A stretch of DNA of 64,000 nucleotides from Flavobacteriaceae bacterium (GTDB lineage: Bacteria; Bacteroidota; Bacteroidia; Flavobacteriales; Flavobacteriaceae), in assembly GCA_039985375.1 (NCBI GenBank), contig JBDWSS010000055.1:15286-79285 (forward strand), written 5' to 3'. Made by a program: the position numbers and the translations under genes. A model generated the notes under the pieces. That model had not been told where the DNA came from. It saw only the letters and a list, made by a program, of their open reading frames with translations, and ran no database searches. Position 1 is the first letter of the stretch; each line of letters starts with the position of its first letter. This document shows positions 21,175 through 30,519 of this stretch, in pieces.

Positions 21175-23823
21175 ATGGGGTTTTCGTTTTGCTCGTTTTC
21201 GCAGGTAGCCATAACGATTTCCGGAAAAGTGCTGGACACCTTGCAAAATCCATTACAAAATACAAACATTATAGCCATACCTGATTCCAATAATCTGCAA
21301 ATCGTTTATACAACCACCAAAACAGATGGCAGTTTTAAAATAGAATTAATCAATAAAGGAGTATATGAACTTACCTTCAGTCATTTAGGCTATTTAACGA
21401 AAAAAAGTACAATTACCGCAATTAAAGGTCCGAACATAAACATTGTATTACGGGAGCGTATTGAGCAGCTAAATGAAATTATAATTGACTATACCCCACC
21501 AATACAAATAAAAAAAGATACTATTTCCTATACCACAGATGCTTTCGTAAGCGGCAAAGAAAGGAAACTACGGGAAGTACTAAAAAAACTCCCGGGAATC
21601 GAAGTAGATCATGAAGGCAATGTGACCTCCCAAGGCAAAAGTGTGACCAAAGTATTGGTGGAGGACAAGATTTTCTTCACAGGAAACAGCAAACTTGCCG
21701 TGAATAACATTCCTGCTGATGCCGTTGATAAAATTCAAGTAATTGAGGATTACAATGAAGTTGGTTTTTTAAAGGGCCTTCAAAATTCGGAAGATGTCGC
21801 GCTGAACATTAAACTAAAGGAGAATAAAAAGAAGTTTGCTTTCGGTGATATTGAAACTGGTGGTGGTGACGAAGAACGTTATCTAGCACATTCCAATCTA
21901 TTCTATTATAGCCCAAAAACCAATGTCAATTTTATTGCCGATTTGAATAATATTGACATCAAATCCTTTACTTTAAAAGATTATATTGATTTTAATGGGG
22001 GATTTGGCAAGCTTATAGGAGACATCAAGGGATATTTGACCTTGAGCAATGATGATTTTTCCCAGTTTCTTATAAACGACGACTTCAAGGCAAATATTAA
22101 TCGCTTTGGTGCCCTTAATATAAGGCAGACCCTTTCCCCCAGTGCCGAAGTGAACAGTTATTTTATACTGAACAATAGTGACACGGAGAACGAGACCCGA
22201 ACGCTGAACATTTATAACAGTGATGAGAATCAATTCAACGAGAACCGAGTGACCACCAATACCCTGAATAATTTTTTCGTGCTGGGAAAAATCACGCTGA
22301 ATTATAAGCCCAATATAAAAGAGCACCTTTCTTCAAACACATTTATAAAAATTACCAACAACAGCAACAATGGTAGCATATTGACAGAAAGCACAATCCA
22401 AGATAACACGTTTGCCGTGTTATCAGATTTGGATGCACTTGATTTTAAACAGAACTTGGAGTACAGTAAACGTTTTTCCAAGGCACAGACTTTGAGTTTG
22501 GAGACGACATTGAATTACCAAGAAAGTACCCCTACCACTAATTGGATTACCAATGAAACTTTTCTTGCGGGTCTGATTCCATTAGAAGATGATACTGTTT
22601 TTGAAACACGACAACAAAGAGAAACACGAACCACAGCATTTGATATTTTGGTTAGGGACTATTGGGTGCTGAACAATTTTAATCATGTATATACTACCAT
22701 GGGTGCCGATTTGCTGTTCCAAAATTATACTTCCCAAGAAACCCAGATTTTGGGAAATGGAATCCTAAACGAGTTTTCAGATAACGGCTTTGGTAACAAT
22801 ATGGCTTTTCGTCTTGGGGATGTTTTTATGGGCTTGGAGTATAAATTTTTAACAGGTATTTTCACAATCAAATCTAGTCTTTTTTATCATTGTTATCAGT
22901 GGGAAAACACACAGCAGAATATTCGTATAAAGGATAACACCAATGCGATTTTACCAGAATTCAACTCAACCGCAGAGTTCAATAGCAGTGAAAAACTGCG
23001 TTTTAGGTATCGTCGACAAATACGCTTTCCAGAGGGCAATCGATTCTTGAATAATTTCCTGCTCAACTCTTTTAACTCCATCTTGCTTGGCAATCCAAAT
23101 CTTTCCAACGAACGGTTCCACACCTACTCTTTGAATTATTACAAATTCAACTTGTTCCGTGGACTAAATTTAAACACCGGAATCAATTATAACCGAAAAA
23201 CCCAAAGTGCTAAAAACACAACAGATTTGGATGGAATTGACCAATTTGTGACCTACAACATGTTCAGTCGACCGGAGAATAGCATAACCGGGAATTTTAA
23301 CTTTAGCAAGACCATTGGCGATGTAAAACTAAGCGTACAGAGTTCTGCAAACTATAGTGAATTTTTTCAGTTGGTAAACGATGATATTTCAAAAAATACC
23401 TTAAAAACATTTTCTTTGACAGGTAAAGTGGAAACCTCTTTTAAAGATTGGCCCAATTTTGAACTGGGCTATACCTATGAGCCCTCAACTTTCAGTACTA
23501 GGTTGTTTGTGAATGAGTTTACCAATACTGAACTATTTGTCAATCTGAGCTACTATTTCTTTAAAGATTTTCAATTTAATGGTGATTTCAAAAGAACTAA
23601 CTATGACAATATCTCCCAAAAGATTACCAATACCTTCGACATTGTCAACGTCTCATTCTTCTATCAAAAAGAAGATAGTCCTTGGGGGTTTGAGGTTTCG
23701 TCAACCAACTTGCTGGGCACCCAATATAAAAGGCAAAATTCATTTACCAACTTCTTAATCAGTGACCAAACCACTTTTATTATCCCCAGAATAGTACTAT
23801 TTAAAATATCCTACAAACTCTGA
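21175..23823 (+). CDS. large outer-membrane beta-barrel protein with N-terminal carboxypeptidase-regulatory-like domain (TonB-dependent-receptor-like)
   Basis: 882-aa ORF. N-terminal ISGKVLD...GSFKI...Y.L.FSHLGY matches the CarboxypepD_reg pattern. It is followed by a plug-like region, a long Asn/Tyr/Phe-rich barrel and a C-terminal aromatic strand. The true start is probably upstream (see findings). Confidence 0.8.
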   Translation: MGFSFCSFSQVAITISGKVLDTLQNPLQNTNIIAIPDSNNLQIVYTTTKTDGSFKIELINKGVYELTFSHLGYLTKKSTITAIKGPNINIVLRERIEQLNEIIIDYTPPIQIKKDTISYTTDAFVSGKERKLREVLKKLPGIEVDHEGNVTSQGKSVTKVLVEDKIFFTGNSKLAVNNIPADAVDKIQVIEDYNEVGFLKGLQNSEDVALNIKLKENKKKFAFGDIETGGGDEERYLAHSNLFYYSPKTNVNFIADLNNIDIKSFTLKDYIDFNGGFGKLIGDIKGYLTLSNDDFSQFLINDDFKANINRFGALNIRQTLSPSAEVNSYFILNNSDTENETRTLNIYNSDENQFNENRVTTNTLNNFFVLGKITLNYKPNIKEHLSSNTFIKITNNSNNGSILTESTIQDNTFAVLSDLDALDFKQNLEYSKRFSKAQTLSLETTLNYQESTPTTNWITNETFLAGLIPLEDDTVFETRQQRETRTTAFDILVRDYWVLNNFNHVYTTMGADLLFQNYTSQETQILGNGILNEFSDNGFGNNMAFRLGDVFMGLEYKFLTGIFTIKSSLFYHCYQWENTQQNIRIKDNTNAILPEFNSTAEFNSSEKLRFRYRRQIRFPEGNRFLNNFLLNSFNSILLGNPNLSNERFHTYSLNYYKFNLFRGLNLNTGINYNRKTQSAKNTTDLDGIDQFVTYNMFSRPENSITGNFNFSKTIGDVKLSVQSSANYSEFFQLVNDDISKNTLKTFSLTGKVETSFKDWPNFELGYTYEPSTFSTRLFVNEFTNTELFVNLSYYFFKDFQFNGDFKRTNYDNISQKITNTFDIVNVSFFYQKEDSPWGFEVSSTNLLGTQYKRQNSFTNFLISDQTTFIIPRIVLFKISYKL

Positions 23824-23833
23824 CCTAATATTT

Positions 23834-24190
23834 TCATAAATTATGTCCCCATTTGAACCATACTTTTTGCCACTCTCTTTTTAACAATAAGAAGCATACT
23901 TCCTCAGAAACATCTACAACATCCAATGATTTTAGCTTGGTTATTTTATACTCTGGTATGTCTACAACATACAATAGGTTCTGATATTCTGGAATATTTT
24001 CCAACAGTAGCACATAAATTTTCTCCTTTAGGATGTCCTTAAATTCCTTTGGATCGGCCTCCATTGAAAAGGATAACTTAACATTGGCAAGTTCAAAGTC
24101 TTTTTTCAATTGTAACAACAGGCTTTTGTATAGCATTTCCTTTTGAGCCACTTCCAAGACTTCCATACTATTATTAAAATTGGCCAACAT
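23834..24190 (-). CDS. hypothetical protein
   Basis: 118-aa ORF convergent with the OMP gene. No recognisable motif. Confidence 0.45.
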   Translation of the reverse strand: MLANFNNSMEVLEVAQKEMLYKSLLLQLKKDFELANVKLSFSMEADPKEFKDILKEKIYVLLLENIPEYQNLLYVVDIPEYKITKLKSLDVVDVSEEVCFLLLKREWQKVWFKWGHNL

Positions 24191-24219
24191 ATTGTATGAA
24201 CGAAAAACCTCCGAGAAGC

Positions 24220-25497
24220 TTATTCAGATTTAAATATTTTTCCCTCCTTCATTACAAAAACAACATTTTCAAGGGTATTTACATGATCCAAGGGGTTTTT
24301 ATCTACGGCAATAATATCTGCCAAAAAGCCTTCTTTTATTTGCCCAAGGTTATCTCCCATACCCAAAAGGGTAGCATTAGTAATAGTAGCAGATTCCAAG
24401 GCCTTTGTTATGGGCATTCCTACTTCTACCATATAGCCAAATTCTTTTGCGTTGAGTCCATGCGGAAATACACCTGCATCGGTACCAAAAGCAATAGGCA
24501 CTCCTTTTTTATAGGCTTTTGCAAATGTATTTTGGATAAGCGGACCTATTTCACTTGCTTTTTTGGCCACAACTTCTGGAAAATAACCCGGAATTTTAGC
24601 TTTTTCCGCAACTTGTTTACCTGCCGTGATTGTGGGTACTAAATACGCATTGTACTGCACCATTAAATCCATGGTTTCCTCGCTCATCAAAGTACCGTGT
24701 TCAATGGTTTTTATGCCTCCTTTTACTGCCCGCTGCATACCCTCATCGCCATGCGCATGTGCCGCGGTAAGCATATTGTAATCCTTTGCAGTTTCAGTTA
24801 TCGCTTTAATTTCTTCAATGGTAAACTGTGGATTTTGACCGCTTTTGGCAACACTTAGCACACCTCCTGTTGCAGTTATTTTTATGACATCCGCTCCATT
24901 TTTATACCGCTGCCGCACAGCTTTCTTTCCATCTCCAGGCGAATTGACAACACCTTCTTTTGGACCAGGGTCTCCTTTCAAAATGTTTTTCATGCCATTG
25001 GTAGGGTCTGCATGTCCTCCGGTGGTAGCTATTGATTTTCCTGCAGTAAAAATTCTTGGACCAACCACCGTTCCATTATTAATTGCATCTCTAAGGGCTA
25101 TATTTACTCCTGTACCTCCTAAATCACGCACCGTTGTAAATCCTGCCATTAATGTTTTTTTCGCATATACCGTTGATTGAAATGCCACATCAGCATCATT
25201 TAGCGTATATCTTTCAACATAGGATTTTGGATTGGATTCACTTTCTATATGTACATGCATATCTATAAATCCGGGAAGTATTGTTTTATCTTTTAAATCG
25301 ACAATAACAGCCTCTGCATTTCCTGTTTGATAACCGTTTAAAATAGATTTTATGTTTTTTCCCGAGACAACTATTGTTTTTTCCGAAAGCACTTTTCCAG
25401 ATTTCACATCAACAACGTTCCCGCACTGGAGATAGGTTTCTTGTGCAAAAAGTATTGAATTGCTAAATAGAAGTAAAAATAGAATACTGTTTTTCAT
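24220..25497 (-). CDS. secreted amidohydrolase-family metallohydrolase
   Basis: HxH motif (DMHVHIE), later metal-ligand His residues (AHAHGD, EHGT) and Asp (GTDAG). Start moved to MKNSILFLLLFSNSILFAQ (signal peptide) at 25497. Confidence 0.85.
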   Translation of the reverse strand: MKNSILFLLLFSNSILFAQETYLQCGNVVDVKSGKVLSEKTIVVSGKNIKSILNGYQTGNAEAVIVDLKDKTILPGFIDMHVHIESESNPKSYVERYTLNDADVAFQSTVYAKKTLMAGFTTVRDLGGTGVNIALRDAINNGTVVGPRIFTAGKSIATTGGHADPTNGMKNILKGDPGPKEGVVNSPGDGKKAVRQRYKNGADVIKITATGGVLSVAKSGQNPQFTIEEIKAITETAKDYNMLTAAHAHGDEGMQRAVKGGIKTIEHGTLMSEETMDLMVQYNAYLVPTITAGKQVAEKAKIPGYFPEVVAKKASEIGPLIQNTFAKAYKKGVPIAFGTDAGVFPHGLNAKEFGYMVEVGMPITKALESATITNATLLGMGDNLGQIKEGFLADIIAVDKNPLDHVNTLENVVFVMKEGKIFKSE

Positions 25498-25634
25498 GTT
25501 TGAGTTAGTTGAATACGTTCTTAAAAATAAGCATACATTCCAGTATTCCAATAAAATAACCATGAATTGACTGAAGGTCAATAAAAAAGCCCATCACAAT
25601 GGACAGGCTTTCTTTGATTTTGAAAAATAGTTTT

Positions 25635-26657
25635 TCAACTTCTAATTTTTTGTTCCCAATCCCAAGCAGATTTCATGGAATCATCTAAGGTAGATTCCGC
25701 TTTCCAACCTAAAATTTCGTTTGCTTTTTTTGTATCTGCATAGGCCTGTATTACATCACCTTGTCTTCTGTCAACTATTTTGTAATTCAATTTCTTACCT
25801 GAAACATTTTCAAAACTATGTATCACCTCTAAGACAGTGCTTCCTTTTCCAGTTCCCAGATTAAAAACTTCATAATTGGCTTCATTTTTTTGATTCAATA
25901 ATCGTTGTAGCGCTACAACATGGGCCTTTGCAATGTCTACAACATGAATATAGTCCCTTACGCAAGTTCCATCTTCAGTTGGGTAATCATCTCCAAAAAC
26001 AGAAAGTTGCTCTCTTAATCCAACTCCTGTTTGGGTAATGAAAGGAACCAAATTTTGTGGAACTCCTATCGGAAGCTCACCTATTTCCACAGAGGGGTGG
26101 CTTCCAATTGGGTTAAAATATCTAAGTGCAATTGCTGAAAATTGCTGATTTACTTTACAAGTGTCCTTTATGATTTCTTCACCTACTTGTTTTGTGTTTC
26201 CGTAAGGAGATTCGGCAGGTTTTACCGGAGCGTCTTCCGTAATTGGCATTTCATCGGCTTGACCGTAGACAGTACACGAAGAGCTAAAAATAAGCCCCGC
26301 CTTTTCTTTTTTGGTGAGCTCTTGTAGTAAATAAACTAAAACCCCAAGGTTATTTTCATAATACAACAGAGGATTTTCAACACTCTCGCCTACCGCTTTG
26401 CTGGCAGCAAAATGAATGACTCCATCCAAATCAGGATACTTTCGAAAAAAATCTTCTACTTTGGCTTTTTCTCGTAAATCCATTTTCTCAAAAATGGGTT
26501 TTTTACCTGTTATCGCCTCAATGCCGACCAAGACTTCTTCTGAAGAATTGGAAAGGTTATCGATAATAACAACATCAAAACCTTCATTTTGTAGCTCAAC
26601 AACAGTGTGGGAACCTATAAACCCCAAACCTCCGGTAACAAGTATTTTCATGCTCAT
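25635..26657 (-). CDS. galE: UDP-glucose 4-epimerase
   Basis: 340-aa ORF with Rossmann motif VTGGLGFIGSH and catalytic YGNTK (YxxxK). Confidence 0.9.
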   Translation of the reverse strand: MSMKILVTGGLGFIGSHTVVELQNEGFDVVIIDNLSNSSEEVLVGIEAITGKKPIFEKMDLREKAKVEDFFRKYPDLDGVIHFAASKAVGESVENPLLYYENNLGVLVYLLQELTKKEKAGLIFSSSCTVYGQADEMPITEDAPVKPAESPYGNTKQVGEEIIKDTCKVNQQFSAIALRYFNPIGSHPSVEIGELPIGVPQNLVPFITQTGVGLREQLSVFGDDYPTEDGTCVRDYIHVVDIAKAHVVALQRLLNQKNEANYEVFNLGTGKGSTVLEVIHSFENVSGKKLNYKIVDRRQGDVIQAYADTKKANEILGWKAESTLDDSMKSAWDWEQKIRS

Positions 26658-27808
26658 TTGTTTACAAATTCAATAACCAACCTGGTAATAAATTCTATTT
26701 GCTCATCATCCAGTTCTGTATGCATGGGAAGAGAAATTACTTCCTTCACCAATTGATTGGTAACTGGAAAATCAGCTTCATTGTAGCGATCATCCAAATA
26801 AGCTTTCTGTAAATGCAAAGGAATTGGATAATACACCCCACATGGAACGCCATTTTCATTTAAATGTTGCACCAATTTGTCTCTTTTTTCGTTCAAAATC
26901 CGCAAGGTGTATTGATGAAAGACATGGCAGTTACACGAACCTCCAATATCTTCATAAGCATTATCAATTTTTGGAGTGATTATATTTGGTTGCCCTTCAA
27001 AAGCTTCGGTATACTTTTTAGCTGCCGCTCTCCGCTTCCTATTATAGGTATCCAAATTAGGAAGTTTTGCGCGCAAAACCGCTGCCTGCATAGAATCCAG
27101 TCTAGAATTTACCCCTATTACATCATGGTGGTATCGTTTATACATTCCATGGTTAACCATTCCACGAATGGTATGCGCCAATTCATCATCATTGGTAAAA
27201 ATTGCTCCGCCATCACCATAACAGCCTAAGTTCTTGGAAGGAAAAAAAGAGGTAGACGATACATGCCCCATGGTCCCCGCCATTTGCTTTTTACCATTTG
27301 GAAATATATAGGATGCTCCAATGGCTTGGGCATTATCTTCAATGACATAAAGATTGTTTTTTGTTGCCAGCTCCATAATAACATCCATGTTGGCACATTG
27401 CCCAAAAAGATGAACAGGTACAATTGCTTTTGTTTTGGGAGTAATGGCATTCTCAATGGCCTTTGGATCTATGTTAAAGGTATCGGGTTCTACATCCACT
27501 AAAACTGGGGTCAGATTCAATAATGCAATGACTTCCGCTGTGGCCGCAAATGTGAAATCCGCAGTAATCACCTCATCTCCTGGCTTTAAACCCAGACCCA
27601 TCATGCATATTTGTAGTGCATCCGTACCATTTGCGCAAGGAATTACATGCTTAATTTCCAAATAATCCTCAAGCTCTTTTTGAAAAGCATGTACATGGGG
27701 TCCATTAATGAATGCCGAAGATTCCAAGACTTCTGTAATTGAAGAATTCACCTCATTTTTAATGCCCTCATATTGACCTTTTAGATCAACCATTTGTATT
27801 TTTTTCAT
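26654..27808 (-). CDS. DegT/DnrJ/EryC1/StrS-family sugar aminotransferase
   Basis: 384-aa ORF with the PLP-lysine region SFFPSKNLG. Overlaps the galE start by 4 nt. Confidence 0.9.
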   Translation of the reverse strand: MKKIQMVDLKGQYEGIKNEVNSSITEVLESSAFINGPHVHAFQKELEDYLEIKHVIPCANGTDALQICMMGLGLKPGDEVITADFTFAATAEVIALLNLTPVLVDVEPDTFNIDPKAIENAITPKTKAIVPVHLFGQCANMDVIMELATKNNLYVIEDNAQAIGASYIFPNGKKQMAGTMGHVSSTSFFPSKNLGCYGDGGAIFTNDDELAHTIRGMVNHGMYKRYHHDVIGVNSRLDSMQAAVLRAKLPNLDTYNRKRRAAAKKYTEAFEGQPNIITPKIDNAYEDIGGSCNCHVFHQYTLRILNEKRDKLVQHLNENGVPCGVYYPIPLHLQKAYLDDRYNEADFPVTNQLVKEVISLPMHTELDDEQIEFITRLVIEFVNK

Positions 27809-27870
27809 TCCATTGAATTATGCCGCAAAATTAAGAAATTAAGATGCCATAACCACCTATTGCCGAAAGA

Positions 27871-29130
27871 ATGTATTTTAGCGGAAATATCACGTTTGTG
27901 CGTTTTCTATACCGTTTTTTGGTTTCTGTTTCTTGGAATGTTTTAAAAATCATTGCGATTTTTAGTTCCAAGATAAAATTGTTCGTCTCAGGAAGGAAAA
28001 ACACCTTTTCCATTTTAAATTCGAAAATTCTTACTGGTGATTCCACCATCTGGCTGCATGCAGCTTCACTTGGCGAGTACGAACAAGGGCTGCCAATTCT
28101 AGAAAGATTAAAACGTGAATATCCAAATTATAAAATTGTACTTACGTTTTTTTCACCGTCGGGTTACGAAGTAAAAAAAGACAAAACTCCTGCCAATTGT
28201 GTGGTTTATTTGCCATTGGACACTAAAAATAATGCGAAGCAATTTATCGAAACAGTTAACCCTAAAATAGCCATATTTATAAAGTATGAAATTTGGCCCA
28301 ATTACTTAAGGGAATTAAAACTCCGCAACATTGAAACCATTTTGGTTTCCGCAATATTTTCTAAAAGGCAAATCTTTTTTAAACCATTTGGCGGTTTTAT
28401 GCGGAAAAACCTCAACTCTTTTAACCATTTCTTTGTTCAAGATCTAAACTCCCAACAACTGCTAAACTCCATAGGGATTAAAAATGTTACTATCAGTGGA
28501 GATACACGTTTTGATAGAGTTACTGAAATCTTAGGCCAGGAAAATTCCCTGGATTTTATGGATAGTTTTAAAGGGGATGGTTTCTGTTTCGTATCGGGCA
28601 GCACATGGCCTGAGGACGAAGAAATCCTAGTTGATTTTATTAATACTTCCCAAGAATCCATTAAGTATGTGATTGCGCCCCATACGATAAAACCTGCTCA
28701 TATTGAAAAAATTGAAGGCTGTATTACCAAAAAAACCATTCGTTTTTCCAACATGGAAAATGATCTTTCGAACTATGAAGTCATCATTATAGACACTATA
28801 GGGCTGTTGACCAAAATTTATAGTTACGCCGATATCGCTTACGTTGGCGGAGCTTTTGCAACCGGACTTCATAATACCCTTGAGCCCGCAGTATTTGGAA
28901 TCCCCGTTATAATTGGCCCCAACTATGCCGGATTTAAAGAAGCTGAAGACCTTGTTGGCAAAAAAGGAGTACATCCCATTTCAAATGCCCAGGAATTTAT
29001 TGATTTGATGGCACTTTTTCTAAAAGATGACTCTTTTAAAGAAAAAACGGGCAAAACAAATTTGGAATACATTCAAGAAAATGTTGGAGCAACACAGAAG
29101 ATATTGGATTACATTAAATCGGCACATTGA
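27871..29130 (+). CDS. waaA: 3-deoxy-D-manno-octulosonic acid (Kdo) transferase
   Basis: 419-aa ORF with an N-terminal membrane anchor, the WLHAASLGE motif and a C-terminal GT-B region (GGAFATGLHNTLEPA). Confidence 0.88.
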   Translation: MYFSGNITFVRFLYRFLVSVSWNVLKIIAIFSSKIKLFVSGRKNTFSILNSKILTGDSTIWLHAASLGEYEQGLPILERLKREYPNYKIVLTFFSPSGYEVKKDKTPANCVVYLPLDTKNNAKQFIETVNPKIAIFIKYEIWPNYLRELKLRNIETILVSAIFSKRQIFFKPFGGFMRKNLNSFNHFFVQDLNSQQLLNSIGIKNVTISGDTRFDRVTEILGQENSLDFMDSFKGDGFCFVSGSTWPEDEEILVDFINTSQESIKYVIAPHTIKPAHIEKIEGCITKKTIRFSNMENDLSNYEVIIIDTIGLLTKIYSYADIAYVGGAFATGLHNTLEPAVFGIPVIIGPNYAGFKEAEDLVGKKGVHPISNAQEFIDLMALFLKDDSFKEKTGKTNLEYIQENVGATQKILDYIKSAH

Positions 29131-29293
29131 TTATTTTCTAAATAGCACCTATGCTTTACGCTGGTTGTTTTTTTCCAATTTTCACCCTTGCTTTAACAGA
29201 ACATACTAAAAAGGCATCATTTAATCGAATAACGAACTATAATTTATATTCCATAACTGAATTATTCCGTACATTGAATGAAATTACACTAAT

Positions 29294-29425
29294 ATGAGCA
29301 ATGAAATTTCTTTTGGAGACAGAATGCTGGTTGGGTTTTTACGACTGATGGTTTTTGTTCTGGTTCTTATTTTAATAGCAATCCCGGTGTTTATTTTACT
29401 GGATTTTCTGAACATTATAGGATAA
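29294..29425 (+). CDS. possible 43-aa single-TM peptide
   Basis: ATG-to-TAA ORF read by hand (MSNEISFGDRMLVGFLRLMVFVLVLILIAIPVFILLDFLNIIG). It is absent from the supplied track because of its length. No other support. Confidence 0.25.
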   Translation: MSNEISFGDRMLVGFLRLMVFVLVLILIAIPVFILLDFLNIIG

Positions 29426-29472
29426 TCACCTCCCAAGTTTCGATTTTAACCAAAAAGGGATAAGAGGAAAAT

Positions 29473-30099
29473 TTAAAAAATCACGTCTTGTTCTCCCATT
29501 TTTCCTGCTATTAGCTTAATATAGGAATCAATGGTCTTTTCCATGTTTGAAGGTTCGGCAACGTTGATATACCCCCTCCAAATCAGTTCCCTTTCCTTAT
29601 CAACACAAATACAATAGAGTGAAGTTTCCACGTTGTAAATATTAAAGGTTTCGTAATATTCTGGATTATAGTAGATATCCTGATGTTCAAGATAATCAGC
29701 GCTAAATCGGGTATATATTTCGCTAATATTATTAATTCTTTCCCTAAAGGTTCTTCTATTTTCTGTTCCAACAACCTTGGTAAAAAGAATGGCATCAAAA
29801 CCTTTGTCCAATAATTGTTGTTCAACCTCGGTAAGTTCTTCTTCAGATTTCTCCGAGGTGGTGAATGCAACATCAAAAAGATCTACACTTCGCATGGCTT
29901 CCACTCCTTTCGTGGACAAGGCTTCTTTTAACCTTGTTTCAAACAGCAATTGTACATTTTCATCCTGGCTCATTCCCACAACAAGTACCTTATAGGCATC
30001 AAACAAGACAATATCAGGATTTTTCCATGTGCTTACCAGCCTTGTTGAAGAACAACCCAACAATAGAAGCATGCAAATAACTATAATTTTTACTCTCAT
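29473..30099 (-). CDS. lipoprotein of unknown function
   Basis: 208-aa ORF with lipobox LLGCSS. Lies 36 nt downstream of hpf on the same strand. Confidence 0.6.
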   Translation of the reverse strand: MRVKIIVICMLLLLGCSSTRLVSTWKNPDIVLFDAYKVLVVGMSQDENVQLLFETRLKEALSTKGVEAMRSVDLFDVAFTTSEKSEEELTEVEQQLLDKGFDAILFTKVVGTENRRTFRERINNISEIYTRFSADYLEHQDIYYNPEYYETFNIYNVETSLYCICVDKERELIWRGYINVAEPSNMEKTIDSYIKLIAGKMGEQDVIF

Positions 30100-30135
30100 G
30101 AATTTAAATTATGGGGGTTCTATAAATTGTTCTAG

Positions 30136-30435
30136 TTAATGTCTTACAAATAATTCTTGTCTTTTCTCCAATTGTTTTTTTAACTCATCAACGGTTTTAG
30201 TCATGGCCTTTTCAAAATCACTGTTTCTCGATTTGGCAAAAAGTCGGGGACCTGGAGCACTCAGTTCTATTTCGCACACCTTGTCCATTTTGGCTTTGTC
30301 ATTTTCAATCTTGAAAAGCACATTGGCCTTTATGATCCAACTATACTTTTTGTTAAGCCTTTCCAATTTCTTTGTAAGAAGCTTGCTCATGGCTTCGCTG
30401 GTCTTCATTTTCTGATACTGAATATTTACTACCAT
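30136..30435 (-). CDS. hpf: ribosome hibernation factor, HPF/RaiA (short) family
   Basis: 99-aa ORF with the S30AE/HPF pattern (N-terminal beta-strand, LTKKLERLNK helix, basic C-terminus). Confidence 0.8.
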   Translation of the reverse strand: MVVNIQYQKMKTSEAMSKLLTKKLERLNKKYSWIIKANVLFKIENDKAKMDKVCEIELSAPGPRLFAKSRNSDFEKAMTKTVDELKKQLEKRQELFVRH

Positions 30436-30488
30436 TTTTGAATTCTTTTATCTTAATTCAAAACTATTACAGAACCCTATGAAAATAA

Positions 30489-30502
30489 ATGACAATTGTC
30501 AG
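30489..30502 (-). promoter_or_regulatory. Crp/Fnr-type box upstream of hpf
   Basis: Reads CTGACAATTGTCAT in gene orientation. The -7-like TAGTTTTG (30459-30466) starts at the 23rd nt after the box. 53 nt separate the box from the ATG. Confidence 0.7.
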
Positions 30503-30519
30503 GTTTATGGATAGCGTGA

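Noticed and set aside
25584-25611. Imperfect hairpin (AAAGCC...GGCTTT with inner CCAT/ATGG) after galE, as a terminator.
   Set aside because: The stem is interrupted and weak. It is plausible but not supportable by eye.
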